DNA from: Octopus sinensis
Lineage: Eukaryota
Direction: 5' to 3'
Length of the DNA: 64,000 nt
Assembly: GCF_006345805.1 (NCBI RefSeq)
Contig: NC_042999.1
Span: 39,246,001-39,310,000 of the forward strand
Positions 1-11,843 of the stretch are shown here, piece after piece. The number at the start of each line of letters is the position of its first letter. Position 1 is the first letter of the stretch. The notes under the pieces are model-generated. The model saw nothing but the letters and a program-made list of their open reading frames with translations, was not told the origin of the DNA and made no database searches. A program made the translations under genes and the position numbers.

Positions 1-69
1 GACTTCCAATTTTCAAGTCAGTTTCAAATTATGAAGTCATAATTTGAACTGACTTGAAAATTGGAAGTC
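1..69. repeat. Near-perfect inverted repeat (fold-back palindrome), may extend left of the window
   Basis: 1-23 GACTTCCAATTTTCAAGTCAGTT is the reverse complement of 47-69; 25-34 CAAATTATGA pairs with 37-46; 2-nt centre, one unpaired T. Confidence 0.95.
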
Positions 70-111
70 CACCTGAAGATTGTCGATCAGGACAAGAAAC
101 AATTGTAGTGG
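69..111 (+). ncRNA. Minimal type I hammerhead ribozyme motif, canonical core, PLE-terminus type
   Basis: Stem I CCAC(69-72)/GTGG(108-111); CTGAAGA 73-79; stem II TTGTC/GACAA with loop GATCAG; GAAA 96-99; palindromic stem III CAATTG; GTA cleavage triplet ending at 107. Structure read directly; activity not tested. Confidence 0.85.
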
Positions 112-196
112 CGGTTTTTTTGACTTTTTATTAAAATCTTATGTATTGATTAAGTCTTTCCTTGTTTGTTTTGCAAAATAGTGGTTTTGTCTCTAA

Positions 197-204
<8 letters not shown>

Positions 205-255
<51 letters not shown>

Positions 256-281
256 TTATGTATATATATATATACATATAC

Positions 282-328
<47 letters not shown>

Positions 329-354
329 GTATATATATATATACATAAATGTAC

Positions 355-391
<37 letters not shown>
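205..391. repeat. (TA)n microsatellite, representative of dozens of TA/TG/CA/ATT/GA tracts across the window
   Basis: Direct reading; these tracts generate the YI/CV/poly-I/poly-N ORFs in the track. Confidence 0.99.
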
Positions 392-392
<1 letters not shown>

Positions 393-1783
393 TTACTTAT
401 TCATCTATGTGTGTGTGTAAGCACATGATATTTAGATTATATTGAACATACATACGTATACACGCGCACACAGATATATATGTATGTAAATAAGGAAATG
501 ATATTTCGGAACTGTGATTGATGAATTGTTATAGAGATAGCTAAATAGGTTGATAGAGAGATAGAGATAGAAAAGAACGGAAATGGAAGAGGGTCGGAAT
601 GGAAGTAGGCCAACTGATTCCTTTGAAAGTCGGAAATGTCCAACCTGTCCTTTGTTGATCAATAACTACTAAAATGTTTTGATTCTACTTACAGGATTTA
701 GGATTGCCGATTTTAATATACTCATTTGGAAAAGCTTTCTTATAGTACATTCGATGTGAGTCATGTTTTCCCTCACATTTACGACAAGTAGCGTAAAATT
801 AACAACCTCTACATTTACGAATAGTAAATGAACTTATATAAATAATATGGCCTGGTCAATGTAAGGCAGTAGAAACAGAAGTGTGATGTAGAACAGATAT
901 TTCGGAATCGTACTGAGGTTTATGCATGACAAACATTTAGAAATACGATTCCTCATATTTAGATTTAATCTTTGAGTCGTACATTTAGATTTACTTAATA
1001 TTTCTTTCGAATTTCAGCACAAAGCCAGCACGTTGAGGGAAGGTGTATGTCGAAAACATAGACCCCATTCGGGAACTGTTACCTATTTTATTGAAGCTGA
1101 AACACGACCCCAGTGATATTTTGACTCAAAATATCAAGTCGAAAGTAAGCTGTTTATGCGCTTTACTTTACATTGTTTCGTAATTCCCACTTGTAGTTAT
1201 TATAAGTCTAAAAGTGGATTACACTTTAAAACAATATTTGATATTTGAGTTTCTGAAAGGGTATGATCGCAACTCTCGGGAATAGCCATTGTGTAAATCA
1301 TATGCAGATTTCTTAAAAATAGTAAAACCGCCAATTAATCCAGATGAGATTATATTAGCATCACACTACATATCTGTGTGTCATTATATGTATGTGTGAA
1401 TGTCTGTGTGTGTTCATGTGCCGATGTGTGTGTTTATGTCTGTCTCTGTGTGGGTGTGTTTGAGCAAATATAGCTACACATATTTTGCTTGGCGAATTAT
1501 TTTACTCTCTGGCTATTTCGAATTTCATATAACAGAATATATGTGTGTGTGTGTATGTGTGAGTGTGTCTGTGTGCATGTATGTAAGTGTGTGTATGTGT
1601 ATGTGTGTGCGCGCGTGTATATATGTATACACTTTGGGACAAGAAGCTTATTTTCCCAACCAGATGGTTCCAAGTTTAATCCCACAGCATGGCATCTTCG
1701 GCAGACGTCTCCTAATGTAGCCTCGGCAAGACCAAAGTCTTGTGAATGTATTTGGTAGTTAGAAACTGAAAGAAAACTGCCTC

Positions 1784-1818
<35 letters not shown>

Positions 1819-3216
1819 ATATTTACTTATTCATCTATGTGTGTGTGTAAGCACATGATATTTAGATATATATTGAACATACATACATATACACGCGCAC
1901 ACAGATATATATGTATGTAAATAAGGAAATGATATTTCGGAACTGTGATTGATGAATTGTTATAGAGATAGCTAAATAGGTTGATAGAGAGATAGAGATA
2001 GAAAAGAACGGAAATGGAAGAGGGTCGGAATGGAAGTAGGCCAACTGATTCCTTTGAAAGTCGGAAATGTCCAACCTGTCCTTTGTTGATCAATAACTAC
2101 TAAAATGTTTTGATTCTACTTACAGGATTTAGGATTGCCGATTTTAATATACTCATTTGGAAAAGCTTTCTTATAGTACATTCGATGTGAGTCATGTTTT
2201 CCCTCACATTTACGACAAAGTAGCGTAAAATTAACAACCTCTACATTTACGAATAGTAAATGAACTTATATAAATTAATATGGCCTGGTCAATGTAAGGC
2301 AGTAGAAACAGAAGTGTGATGTAGAACAGATATTTCGGAATCGTACTGAGGTTTATGCATGACAAACATTTAGAAATACGATTCCTCATATTTAGATTTA
2401 ATCTTTGAGTCGTACATTTAGATTTACTTAATATTTCTTTCGAATTTCAGCACAAAGCCAGCACGTTGAGGGAAGGTGTATGTCGAAAACATAGACCCCA
2501 TTCGGGAACTGTTACCTATTTTATTGAAGCTGAAACACGACCCCAGTGATATTTTGACTCAAAATATCAAGTCGAAAGTAAGCTGTTTATGCGCTTTACT
2601 TTACATTGTTTCGTAATTCCCACTTGTAGTTATTATAAGTCTAAAAGTGGATTACACTTTAAAACAATATTTGATATTTGAGTTTCTGAAAGGGTATGAT
2701 CGCAACTCTCGGGAATAGCCATTGTGTAAATCATATGCAGATTTCTTAAAAATAGTAAAACCGCCAATTAATCCAGATGAGATTATATTAGCATCACACT
2801 ACATATCTGTGTGTCATTATATGTATGTGTGAATGTCTGTGTGTGTTCATGTGCCGATGTGTGTGTTTATGTCTGTCTCTGTGTGGGTGTGTTTGAGCAA
2901 ATATAGCTACACATATTTTGCTTGGCGAATTATTTTACTCTCTGGCTATTTCGAATTTCATATAACAGAATATATGTGTGTGTGTGTATGTGTGAGTGTG
3001 TCTGTGTGCATGTATGTAAGTGTGTGTATGTGTATGTGTGTGCGCGCGTGTATATATGTATACACTTTGGGACAAGAAGCTTATTTTCCCAACCAGATGG
3101 TTCCAAGTTTAATCCCACAGCATGGCATCTTCGGCAGAGGTCTCCTAATATAGCCTCGGCAAGACCAAAGTCTTGTGAATGTATTTGGTAGTTAGAAACT
3201 GAAAGAAAACTGCCTC
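392..3216 (+). repeat. ~1.43-kb tandem duplication (392-1783 and 1822-3216) bounded by (TA)n
   Basis: Both units start TTTACTTATTCATCTATG and end GAAAACTGCCTC; only a handful of differences (e.g. GACAAGT vs GACAAAGT, CAGACGTCTCCTAATGT vs CAGAGGTCTCCTAATAT); duplicated ORF pairs in the track. Confidence 0.95.
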
Positions 3217-3510
3217 ATATATATATATATATATATATATAAGTATGCATATGTGTGTGTGTGATATATGTACGTTTTTATGTATGTGTCTTTGCGCCTG
3301 TGCTTGATTTTTGACCATCAATTTGTGTCCGATGCTGGAGGTTTAGGTAGACGTAAGTTAGCGGTTCGGCAAACGAGGCCATTAAAATAAATACTAGGCT
3401 GAAAGAGAATACTTACTTGTGTCAATTTCTGCTATTAAAGCCTTCGAAGGTAGTACTACAGCATGACTGTAGTATGGCGGCAGTGAAATGACTGAAACAA
3501 GTAAATGAAT
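3070..3510 (+). mobile_element. Degenerate tRNA-derived CORE-type SINE (family B, OR-like); 5' part duplicated at ~1637-1783
   Basis: Matches better copies at 18851 and 57421: TAGCCTCGG...GAAACTGAAAGAA, internal TA/TG tract, TTAGCGGTTCGGCAAA, AAATGACTGAAACAAGTAAA. Confidence 0.75.
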
Positions 3511-4032
3511 TATATATATATATAGAGAGAGAGAGGAAGAGAGAGAGTCACACACACACATGTGGTTAAGGTGAGTGTATGCATGGTCATGTTTCCTTCT
3601 CTCCTAAGCTGTCGTATGCGGAGCAGCGTTATGATGTTTGTTTTCTCGTAGAAAACAATATTCGAAGGAAAGAGTAAACCACACAAATATACTGAAAAAG
3701 TTATGAAAATGTATGCAGAAAACCGTTATAACCATTTCGAGATTTTACCACCCCCACACAAGTTCTAACACACGCACACGCATACACACAGAACAACATG
3801 TATGCTCATGTACACACTTCCACACACACGCACACATGCACACACACACACGCGAGCATAAACACACACGCACACGGACATGTATGTATATATTGTTTTT
3901 TTATATCTACAGATCGTTTAATAGTGTTTAACAGTTTCAGTTGCAGTAGTACGACTACAGTTTGTTTTTTACAGTACTTAAAAAGGAATGGAAGGAGATA
4001 CTGTTATAGCCCGTATATTTGTAAATAGTTAT

Positions 4033-4280
4033 CTACACATTTGCATGTGTTAATTCAGATTTATTTGCAATACCCTGTCGGAAATGTGGCCACTCCGCCT
4101 CTTTACAATGAGGATTGTGTTTCATATCCAGTAATATAGTTATACACTTTGCAATATTCGGTGGTATGTTCTTCACCGCAGAACTCAATTTTATACTTAT
4201 ATTCCGTATAAAGTTATGTAATTGTGCAATACCCATGAAAAAATCGATAATCAAATACCGAACGATAAAGATTTCCTACA
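4033..4280 (-). mobile_element. Possible PLE reverse-transcriptase thumb relic
   Basis: Open frame contains AVKNIPPNIAKCITILL, loosely like the PLE KNIP(F)xLARRIxTIV motif; weak, single motif. Confidence 0.3.
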
Positions 4281-5236
4281 ATATGCATGCATTATTTTGC
4301 ATGCTTATTAAAGGAAGTATTTACTGCTCAGATCAAAAAGTTTTTTAAAGGCAATAAATTGGTCAACATATAGTCAGGAACTGGATGCAGACTACGAAAC
4401 AGCTGTCAACATATGGCCCAAAAAGTATTTCATATCCAAATACTCCAAATTTTGGTAAATTATAACATACTCTACCACCGTTTCCGTGCAACCCTTATTG
4501 GACCTACAATTATAAGTTATGTAATCGTGGGCGAGGCAAACAAAGGTAGGAGAGTGCATCTTTGAGCATAGAAGCCCGAGCTTCAGGTTAAACTACGACC
4601 ACAGTGGACAATGGCTCGTCGGCGAGGCAAACAAAGGTAGGAGAGTGCGTCTTTGAGCATAGAAGCCCGAAAACCAGAAAACTGGTGAAGCCGACAGCTG
4701 TACACATAATGCACACAAACACACACACATACATACACATACACACACACACATATATAAAATATAATATGATATAAGGAAAATGGAGAATTTGAACACA
4801 AAAATCAATTTACGTATATAATAGTCAATTTCATATTATCTACGTATGTTTAAATTTCTAACCTTCATTCATAGTTGTCATTTCAGTTTGCGGTATACAT
4901 TTAAAAGGTAAGATTCTCTTGAAGACAAAAATTGACAAATATTCTCTCACATTTTAATGAGCGGAGAGTTGCTTACAGAATGAGATAGCAGCTTGCTTTT
5001 GTCTGTTAATGATTGTCAGCAAGTGTGTCTTTTCGAATTCTTTCTAAAAATAGCTTCAGGTTAAACTACGACCACAGTGGACAATGGCTAGTTGAAGTTC
5101 CTCAGAAGTAGGTCAGACTACGATTCTCCATAGATTGGTTTTATAAAAGATCTTTAACACTCCTATCTGTACGCACTTGTGAAAAGAATAAAAATAATAT
5201 ATATATATATATATTACATACATGCAAACATACATT

Positions 5237-5289
<53 letters not shown>

Positions 5290-5407
5290 TAAGCAATAAA
5301 GGGTTTAGCAACGAATTGCCTTACCACATACCGAATTTAGAAATAGCAGTCAAAGAGTTATAGCTATTTCTTCTACTAAAAAGGGAGATCTCAGTAAAAA
5401 CAGCAAT

Positions 5408-5438
<31 letters not shown>

Positions 5439-5439
5439 T

Positions 5440-5476
<37 letters not shown>

Positions 5477-5477
5477 G

Positions 5478-5965
5478 TTCAAACCGACAGAAAGATAGAT
5501 GCATATAGGTCAGACATCATTTTGAAAGTCTTCAGGCAAAAACCATGCCTCCTCTTTGACATGACTTCCAAATCGACATAAACATGTCTGTGAAGACCTA
5601 ACAAAAACTGAGCAAGGATAAAAATCTTGAAATAGCAACTGGCAAAATGTTGAATCTCAAGACTAAACAATACCTGTTGTCATAGGAATGATAGCAAGAG
5701 TGGACGATTCCTAGCTTGATCAGATACCAGGAAACCTGAAAATGGCAGATATTCAAAAGATAGTGCTCATGGAAATTGTCCATATCATACGTAACATACT
5801 GTCTATGTAATCTCAAATTTTCAAACAACCTAATAATTTTCTTATGCTTTCTTAAATCTTCTCGAGAAAAAAACACTATGTGCAAAACCAAATATATGAC
5901 ACCCTAGGCATAATACCAACTTAAATTTCTAACTTGTCTCTTGAAATTCTAATAACAACAAGAAA
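5478..5965 (+). mobile_element. R4/Dong-clade LINE 3' fragment (restriction-like endonuclease region), decayed
   Basis: Frameshifted translation QTDRKIDAYRSDIILK..CLLFDMT..KLSKDKNLEI..IPVVIG..QIPGNLKMADIQKIVLMEIVHIIRNILSM*, homologous to the cleaner copy at 40325-40880. Confidence 0.85.
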
Positions 5966-6423
5966 AACGAAAATAAAACAACAATGCAAATAATCTAAAT
6001 ATATATGCAGCTACTTAGAGTAGCAACAACGAATGTAAATTATATATAACAAAACAAGTATTGTTTGGAAGTAGTTTTCCTTCATATTTATATATTTTTT
6101 GTCTGTAGATAAATATACATATATGCTGTAGGATAAATAGGATGTTGCTCCCAACGAAACTTGTTTTAAACAATTCAGGAAATAAACGGGATTACCAATA
6201 CGTAGCCTAACAAACGTTTGAATTTGTGTGATCCAATTCAAAGTCACCTAAATACCATACCAAAAAACGAAGAAAAAATAATCATATCTGAATCTGATGC
6301 AATTCATTATCAGTTCTAAATAAAACATGACTTCGTAATGTTTCTATATGAACATTCTGTTTCGTATATGTATATTAGTGGTAAATACTAGATAATACCA
6401 CTATATATCGAGGTGATATTGCT

Positions 6424-6631
6424 TGGAAATTTTGGCACGAGGCCAGCAAAATCCCGGGTGTGTGTAACTCGATTACATCGACACCAGTGTTCAAATGGTA
6501 CTTAGTTTATCGACCCCGAAATGAGAAAAAAAAAGCAGATCTCGGTGGCATTTGAACTCAGAACGTACAGACGGACGAAATGCCGCTAACGAAATTATCA
6601 GCTGTGCTAAAGATTCTGCGATCTCGCCACC
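6424..6631 (-). mobile_element. tRNA-derived SINE family A (central domain resembling the Meta-SINE domain)
   Basis: Reverse complement of the GGCGAG..GCAGAATC..TTCTGAGTTCAAAT..TTTCGGGGTCGATAAA..AGTACC pattern. Confidence 0.8.
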
Positions 6632-8392
6632 AAATATCAAATAGATCTAAATAATCACGGATCACTGTTTAAAATTTACCAACATTTTAAATGAGATATA
6701 CATCCATGCGTACATAGTTTCAGGCTCTGTTGCGCTACTTGTCTGAAACGCCATATAATCTCGCTGTGCTTCAAGCAACGCTTTATCGGCTGGGTCCTGG
6801 CTGACTGTGCACTAAGCAAAATTAAGAAAAGTGATATATAAGGCATGCTACTGATATCTAAACTTACCATTATATATTATATTTATATTGTGCTTATGGT
6901 GCACTCATGTACATCAAAAGGGACACCTATAACACAAAAGAATGTAAAACTCGACTAACATATACGGTTCCAATTTGAAATAATCTTTATATCTGAAATG
7001 CATAAGAGGTGTTAAATCATTTAAATAATTATCAAGAATACTTTCATCTAACATTTTGGTGTATATTCAATTTATGCCAGGTAGGAAATCAATTGATATT
7101 CGTAAAGTCAAAGATGTACTTAACAATAAGCTAATTAATAAATACCTCTAGGGATATGAATATGACTTCATCGCTAAATATTTTGATTCGAGAACATCAT
7201 TTGCTTTGAGCTTGCAGCCAGGAATGTGTTTCATTTGAACTTCCAAATTGCCAACTGTCTGATGGTAATAAAAGTTAGATTTAATTAATTATCAACGCTC
7301 AAAAATATCATATAAAGGTAAGTGTATTAGAATGAAAAGGATGACAATATTAACTATTCGATTTGTTATATGGTAATATATTAAAAAGATTATAAGTATT
7401 CTTTTTCAATATAAATAATATCATATAAAAAGGATTGAGCATATTCACCAAAATAGCCGTACTGCTGTATTAGACAATAAGCATAGTGGTATATTAGACA
7501 ATGGTATTATCATTATTATAATTATTAAATTTGTTAGCATATTGTATGTACTGCTATGAGACAATTCGTGATTAGTATTAGAATTCATTACAAAAATATC
7601 ATTCACATTCAAACGTGCAATAAGACATGTAACAGCTCACCATGAATGATAAAAGTGTACGGTGGGATAGCTAATTAGTAGATGAGTTTGAGCATGGGCC
7701 TGAATAATTTATGGTTATTTACAACATTGCACATACCGTACAGTGTTGTAATGCATATTATTGTGGTCACGTTTGTTTTCTTTCAACACGAGATCAATGT
7801 AAACTTCTTTCGCAGTACTGTTGGCGGTATGTTACTCCTCCCAGAAGTGCTGCTGCAATGGTTCAGCCTCGTAACATCGTAAACTGCTGATATAGTTTCA
7901 GAATTGCTATACAAATATATACTGCAAATTCAACCGCTCACATGTGTATTTTACAAGGCTGTATAAGTTAGGCAACAGACTGAATGCTCGTTGCCTTCAC
8001 TAAAACGAGAACTACCACAAAATCAATTTATGTTTGCATTCATATGAGAAACATAATTTAATGTAGAGACAAAATCTGAGCATTTGAAAAGAAGGTTACA
8101 TTTAACTCATTAAAGACATAAGCATTTGACTATCAATATGCATGCATACATACATATATACTCATATACATACATACACACACACACACGCGCGCATATA
8201 TATCTATATATGTGTGTGCATATACATATTGGAGCTAATGTAAGACAAGCAAGTTAGTTTTGTCGATATACCAGAAATTTTAGTTACATATAATACAAAA
8301 CAATATGTACATATGCATACATATAAAAATCCAACTTACACAGAAATGAAATCATATCAAGTATCAAGGGACTTGAGTAGGACTTTTAAGAG

Positions 8393-9433
8393 TCCAACAG
8401 CTGTTTCTGGCGGCTTGGTTGTCCAAAAATATGCCTGTAACTTCATAGTATCTTCAGATATTTCCTGTCTCCGGCTTCAGGGAAGAATTTTACCTTTGAG
8501 AGGTTACTTGTTCGTGTAATCACATGCATTTCTCATCTTTCACACACTTCGCTAAATCTATTTAATCACATGATAAATTTCCATAATCAGAAGCACCTTA
8601 AACCAAGACATGATCAGCCTTGAAAGTAACTATTTTAAAATACTAAATACAATCCTTCTCTTTCTCTCTCAAACACACATCTCCAGTTTCTTCCAAATTC
8701 TTCAAATCAACTACTTCACACTTCCCTCTTATCCTCAACACACTCCTTAGTGTCTAAAGGTATTTAAAAATACCCCGCCCCTTTGAAAACTAACCAATTT
8801 ACCTTAATCCCTCCCTACTCACACACCTCCATTTAATTCCATACTCCCCTTTTTGACCATAACATCCCACCCATCCATTGCCAACCCAATTTCTTTGTCA
8901 CACTAACAACTACTTTTAACCACCGTGTCACCCTCCAGCTACTGAACTAGTCAAAACATTTGGCTCAAATAATAGACATCACTGTTTCACTATTCCAATT
9001 TTTAACTCTATAGACTTCATAAGAACTTACACAAAACCATCCAGGAGATAGATGGTAAATGTTTTTACTTTCCATTCCCTTCGAGTTTTTATCCCTAATA
9101 GTGGTTTGAACATTAGTCGTTCCTGCTAGCGTGAAAGGAATCCTATGAAGGATATATCTTATGCTTAAATATACACGGCAATAAGAAAATGGAGTGGATC
9201 AAGAGGTGGTATTCGTCAATTTTTAGACGTAATATTATGTATATTTATTTATTTAAAAATAGCAATTATAACATTATACATACATGTATAACATATTATG
9301 CTTTACATATATAAAAATACCTGTAATTATTATTAAAATATATAACGTAAAACATAGAAAGTAGAGTAGATTCTTACAGCTGTTTCAGCCAAGAGGTCAT
9401 AGTACTCCACTTTAATCCCATCCCTTCAGTGAA
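8393..9433 (-). mobile_element. PLE-terminus-like remnants with two degenerate hammerhead motifs (8393-8460, 9371-9433)
   Basis: Minus strand CTGAAGA...GAAACAGCTGTT and CTGAAGG...GAAACAGCTGTA; stems I/II poorly paired. Confidence 0.4.
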
Positions 9434-9707
9434 CTGAAGTATTTGGTAGATACGTTTAAAGTACTTTTCTGTGCCTCTGGGCTTCGTCAGAGAGTTTAGA
9501 AGTTCATACGGTTAAGTTCGAAATATAAATACATACATATATATACACTTTTACATATACATACATATACATAAGTATGCATAAATACATCTCTATATAT
9601 TTATATATAGATATATATATATATACATATACATATATATATACATATACATACATACATATATATATATATACATATACATACATACATATATATATAT
9701 ACATACA

Positions 9708-9763
<56 letters not shown>

Positions 9764-9764
<1 letters not shown>

Positions 9765-9796
9765 GTGTGTGTGTGTGTATGCATAGAAAGGAACCA

Positions 9797-9830
<34 letters not shown>

Positions 9831-10247
9831 GGTGTATTATATTATTCTTTTTAAATAAATTATAAACAGAGGAAAAAGAAAATTATCAAAAGAGAAATAA
9901 TAGTGGAATTAAAAAGATAAGATGTCAAACAGGCGAGATTTTGTATATGGATCGTTATGTTGTATTCTATAAATACCGCAATATAAAATACTACAGAAAC
10001 AGCTGTCATGAATTTTAAACGTCATATGCATTCCATCTTTATAACTACGCTGCTCGTAGAACAAACCCAAGGGTCGGTTCCACATTTAGATTCGATTTGG
10101 TACTTACACCTCATCAGCATCTTGTCAAACGTGATACATTCATTACTGCTTCCCTAAATACGAACTCTACAGTCTCTCCCAATCTATTTTTGACATCCGA
10201 CGTTGATGTACCTAAATGCTCCTGGGGCCTTATAGATAATATATATA

Positions 10248-10332
<85 letters not shown>

Positions 10333-10381
10333 CATACATATATATATATGTGTGTGTGTGTGTATGCATAGAAAGGAACCA

Positions 10382-10412
<31 letters not shown>

Positions 10413-10822
10413 GGTGTATTATATTATTCTTTTTAAATAAATTATAAACAGAGGAAAAAGAAAATTATCAAAAGAGAAATAATAGTGGAATTAAAAAGAT
10501 AAGATGTCAAACAGGCGAGATTTTGTATATGGATCGTTATGTTGTATTCTATAAATACCGCAATATAAAATACTACAGAAACAGCTGTCATGAATTTTAA
10601 ACGTCATATGCATTCCATCTTTATAACTACGCTGCTCGTAGAACAAACCCAAGGGTCGGTTCCACATTTAGATTCGATTTGGTACTTACACCTCATCAGC
10701 ATCTTGTCAAACGTGATACATTCATTACTGCTTCCCTAAATACGAACTCTACAGTCTCTCCCAATCTATTTTTGACATCCGACGTTGATGTACCTAAATG
10801 CTCCTGGGGCCTTATAGATAAT
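9764..10822 (+). repeat. ~0.58-kb tandem duplication (9764-10240 and 10349-10822) bounded by (TA)n
   Basis: GCATAGAAAGGAACC at 9781 and 10366; CTTATAGATAAT ends at 10240 and 10822; appear identical apart from one ATT unit. Confidence 0.95.
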
Positions 10823-11697
10823 ATATATATATATATATATATATATTATACATTAGTTCAGTTTATTTGAAAATCAGGACGGTGGTACATGAGTAATCAC
10901 GAGAATAAATGTGACGGTTCATGCAAAAATTTGGAAGGGTTTTTATACAACATTCCATGTTTTATATCACAAAATTTGTGAAGAGTTGTCGTCAACTATT
11001 TCAATATAGACAACCTCTAACACTGAGATATTTAAAGTTTTCCCTTATTTGTTCCGGTTTTACTCCTAGTTGAAATAAAATGTCACCAAGTGCAGTGTTT
11101 GTAGATACATTCGAATCTAAATGTGGATTTCAAAAGTATATTTTGAAATTGCTGTAACAATATTCACTTATCAACTTATCTACAATTCAATTTGATATAT
11201 AGCTGGCACATCTTTTTAAAAAAGTTAGAATTTCATTCTATATAGACGAAATTATTGTTTAAAGTTCAAAATATATAGCACACTATATCACATGACAAAC
11301 TGATTTCTAACATGAAATAACCATCTCTAGCATTTCAGCTATGCTAAATATAAACCCCCAAACTAGTTGTATTTACCTTATATATAATAAATATCTAGAT
11401 ACTACCTCAGCATTACCGTCTATGAAATAAGATGATTCTATGTATTTTAAGTCATATTGGTTTATACATTTAATTTAAAAATTCATCCTGGGACATAAAT
11501 GAGGCACTTTTATTTATGTATGTATATATGTATGTATGTATTTATTTATGTGTGTATGTATGTAGATACGTATGTATATATGTGTATGTACTTATGTGTG
11601 GATGTTATATGGATTATTTATTAATTGATTATCATTGGCATTTTCCCTATATTCTACTGGTAGGCTGCTTTTAATATTGTAATATTGTATAGCAGAT

Positions 11698-11843
11698 CGT
11701 TCAGAGATTAAATTCAGCAGAGGTCAATTTTGCCTTTCATCATTTCGGGGTCGATAAATTAAGTACCATTTGCATACAGGGTCGATCTAATTGACTGGCC
11801 CCCTCCCTAAAAATTTCGTGCCTTGTGCCTAGAGTAGAAAATA
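11698..11843 (+). mobile_element. SINE family A, 5'-truncated
   Basis: GAGGTCAATTTTGCCTTTCATCATTTCGGGGTCGATAAATTAAGTACC...CCTAGAGTAGAAAA. Confidence 0.85.
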
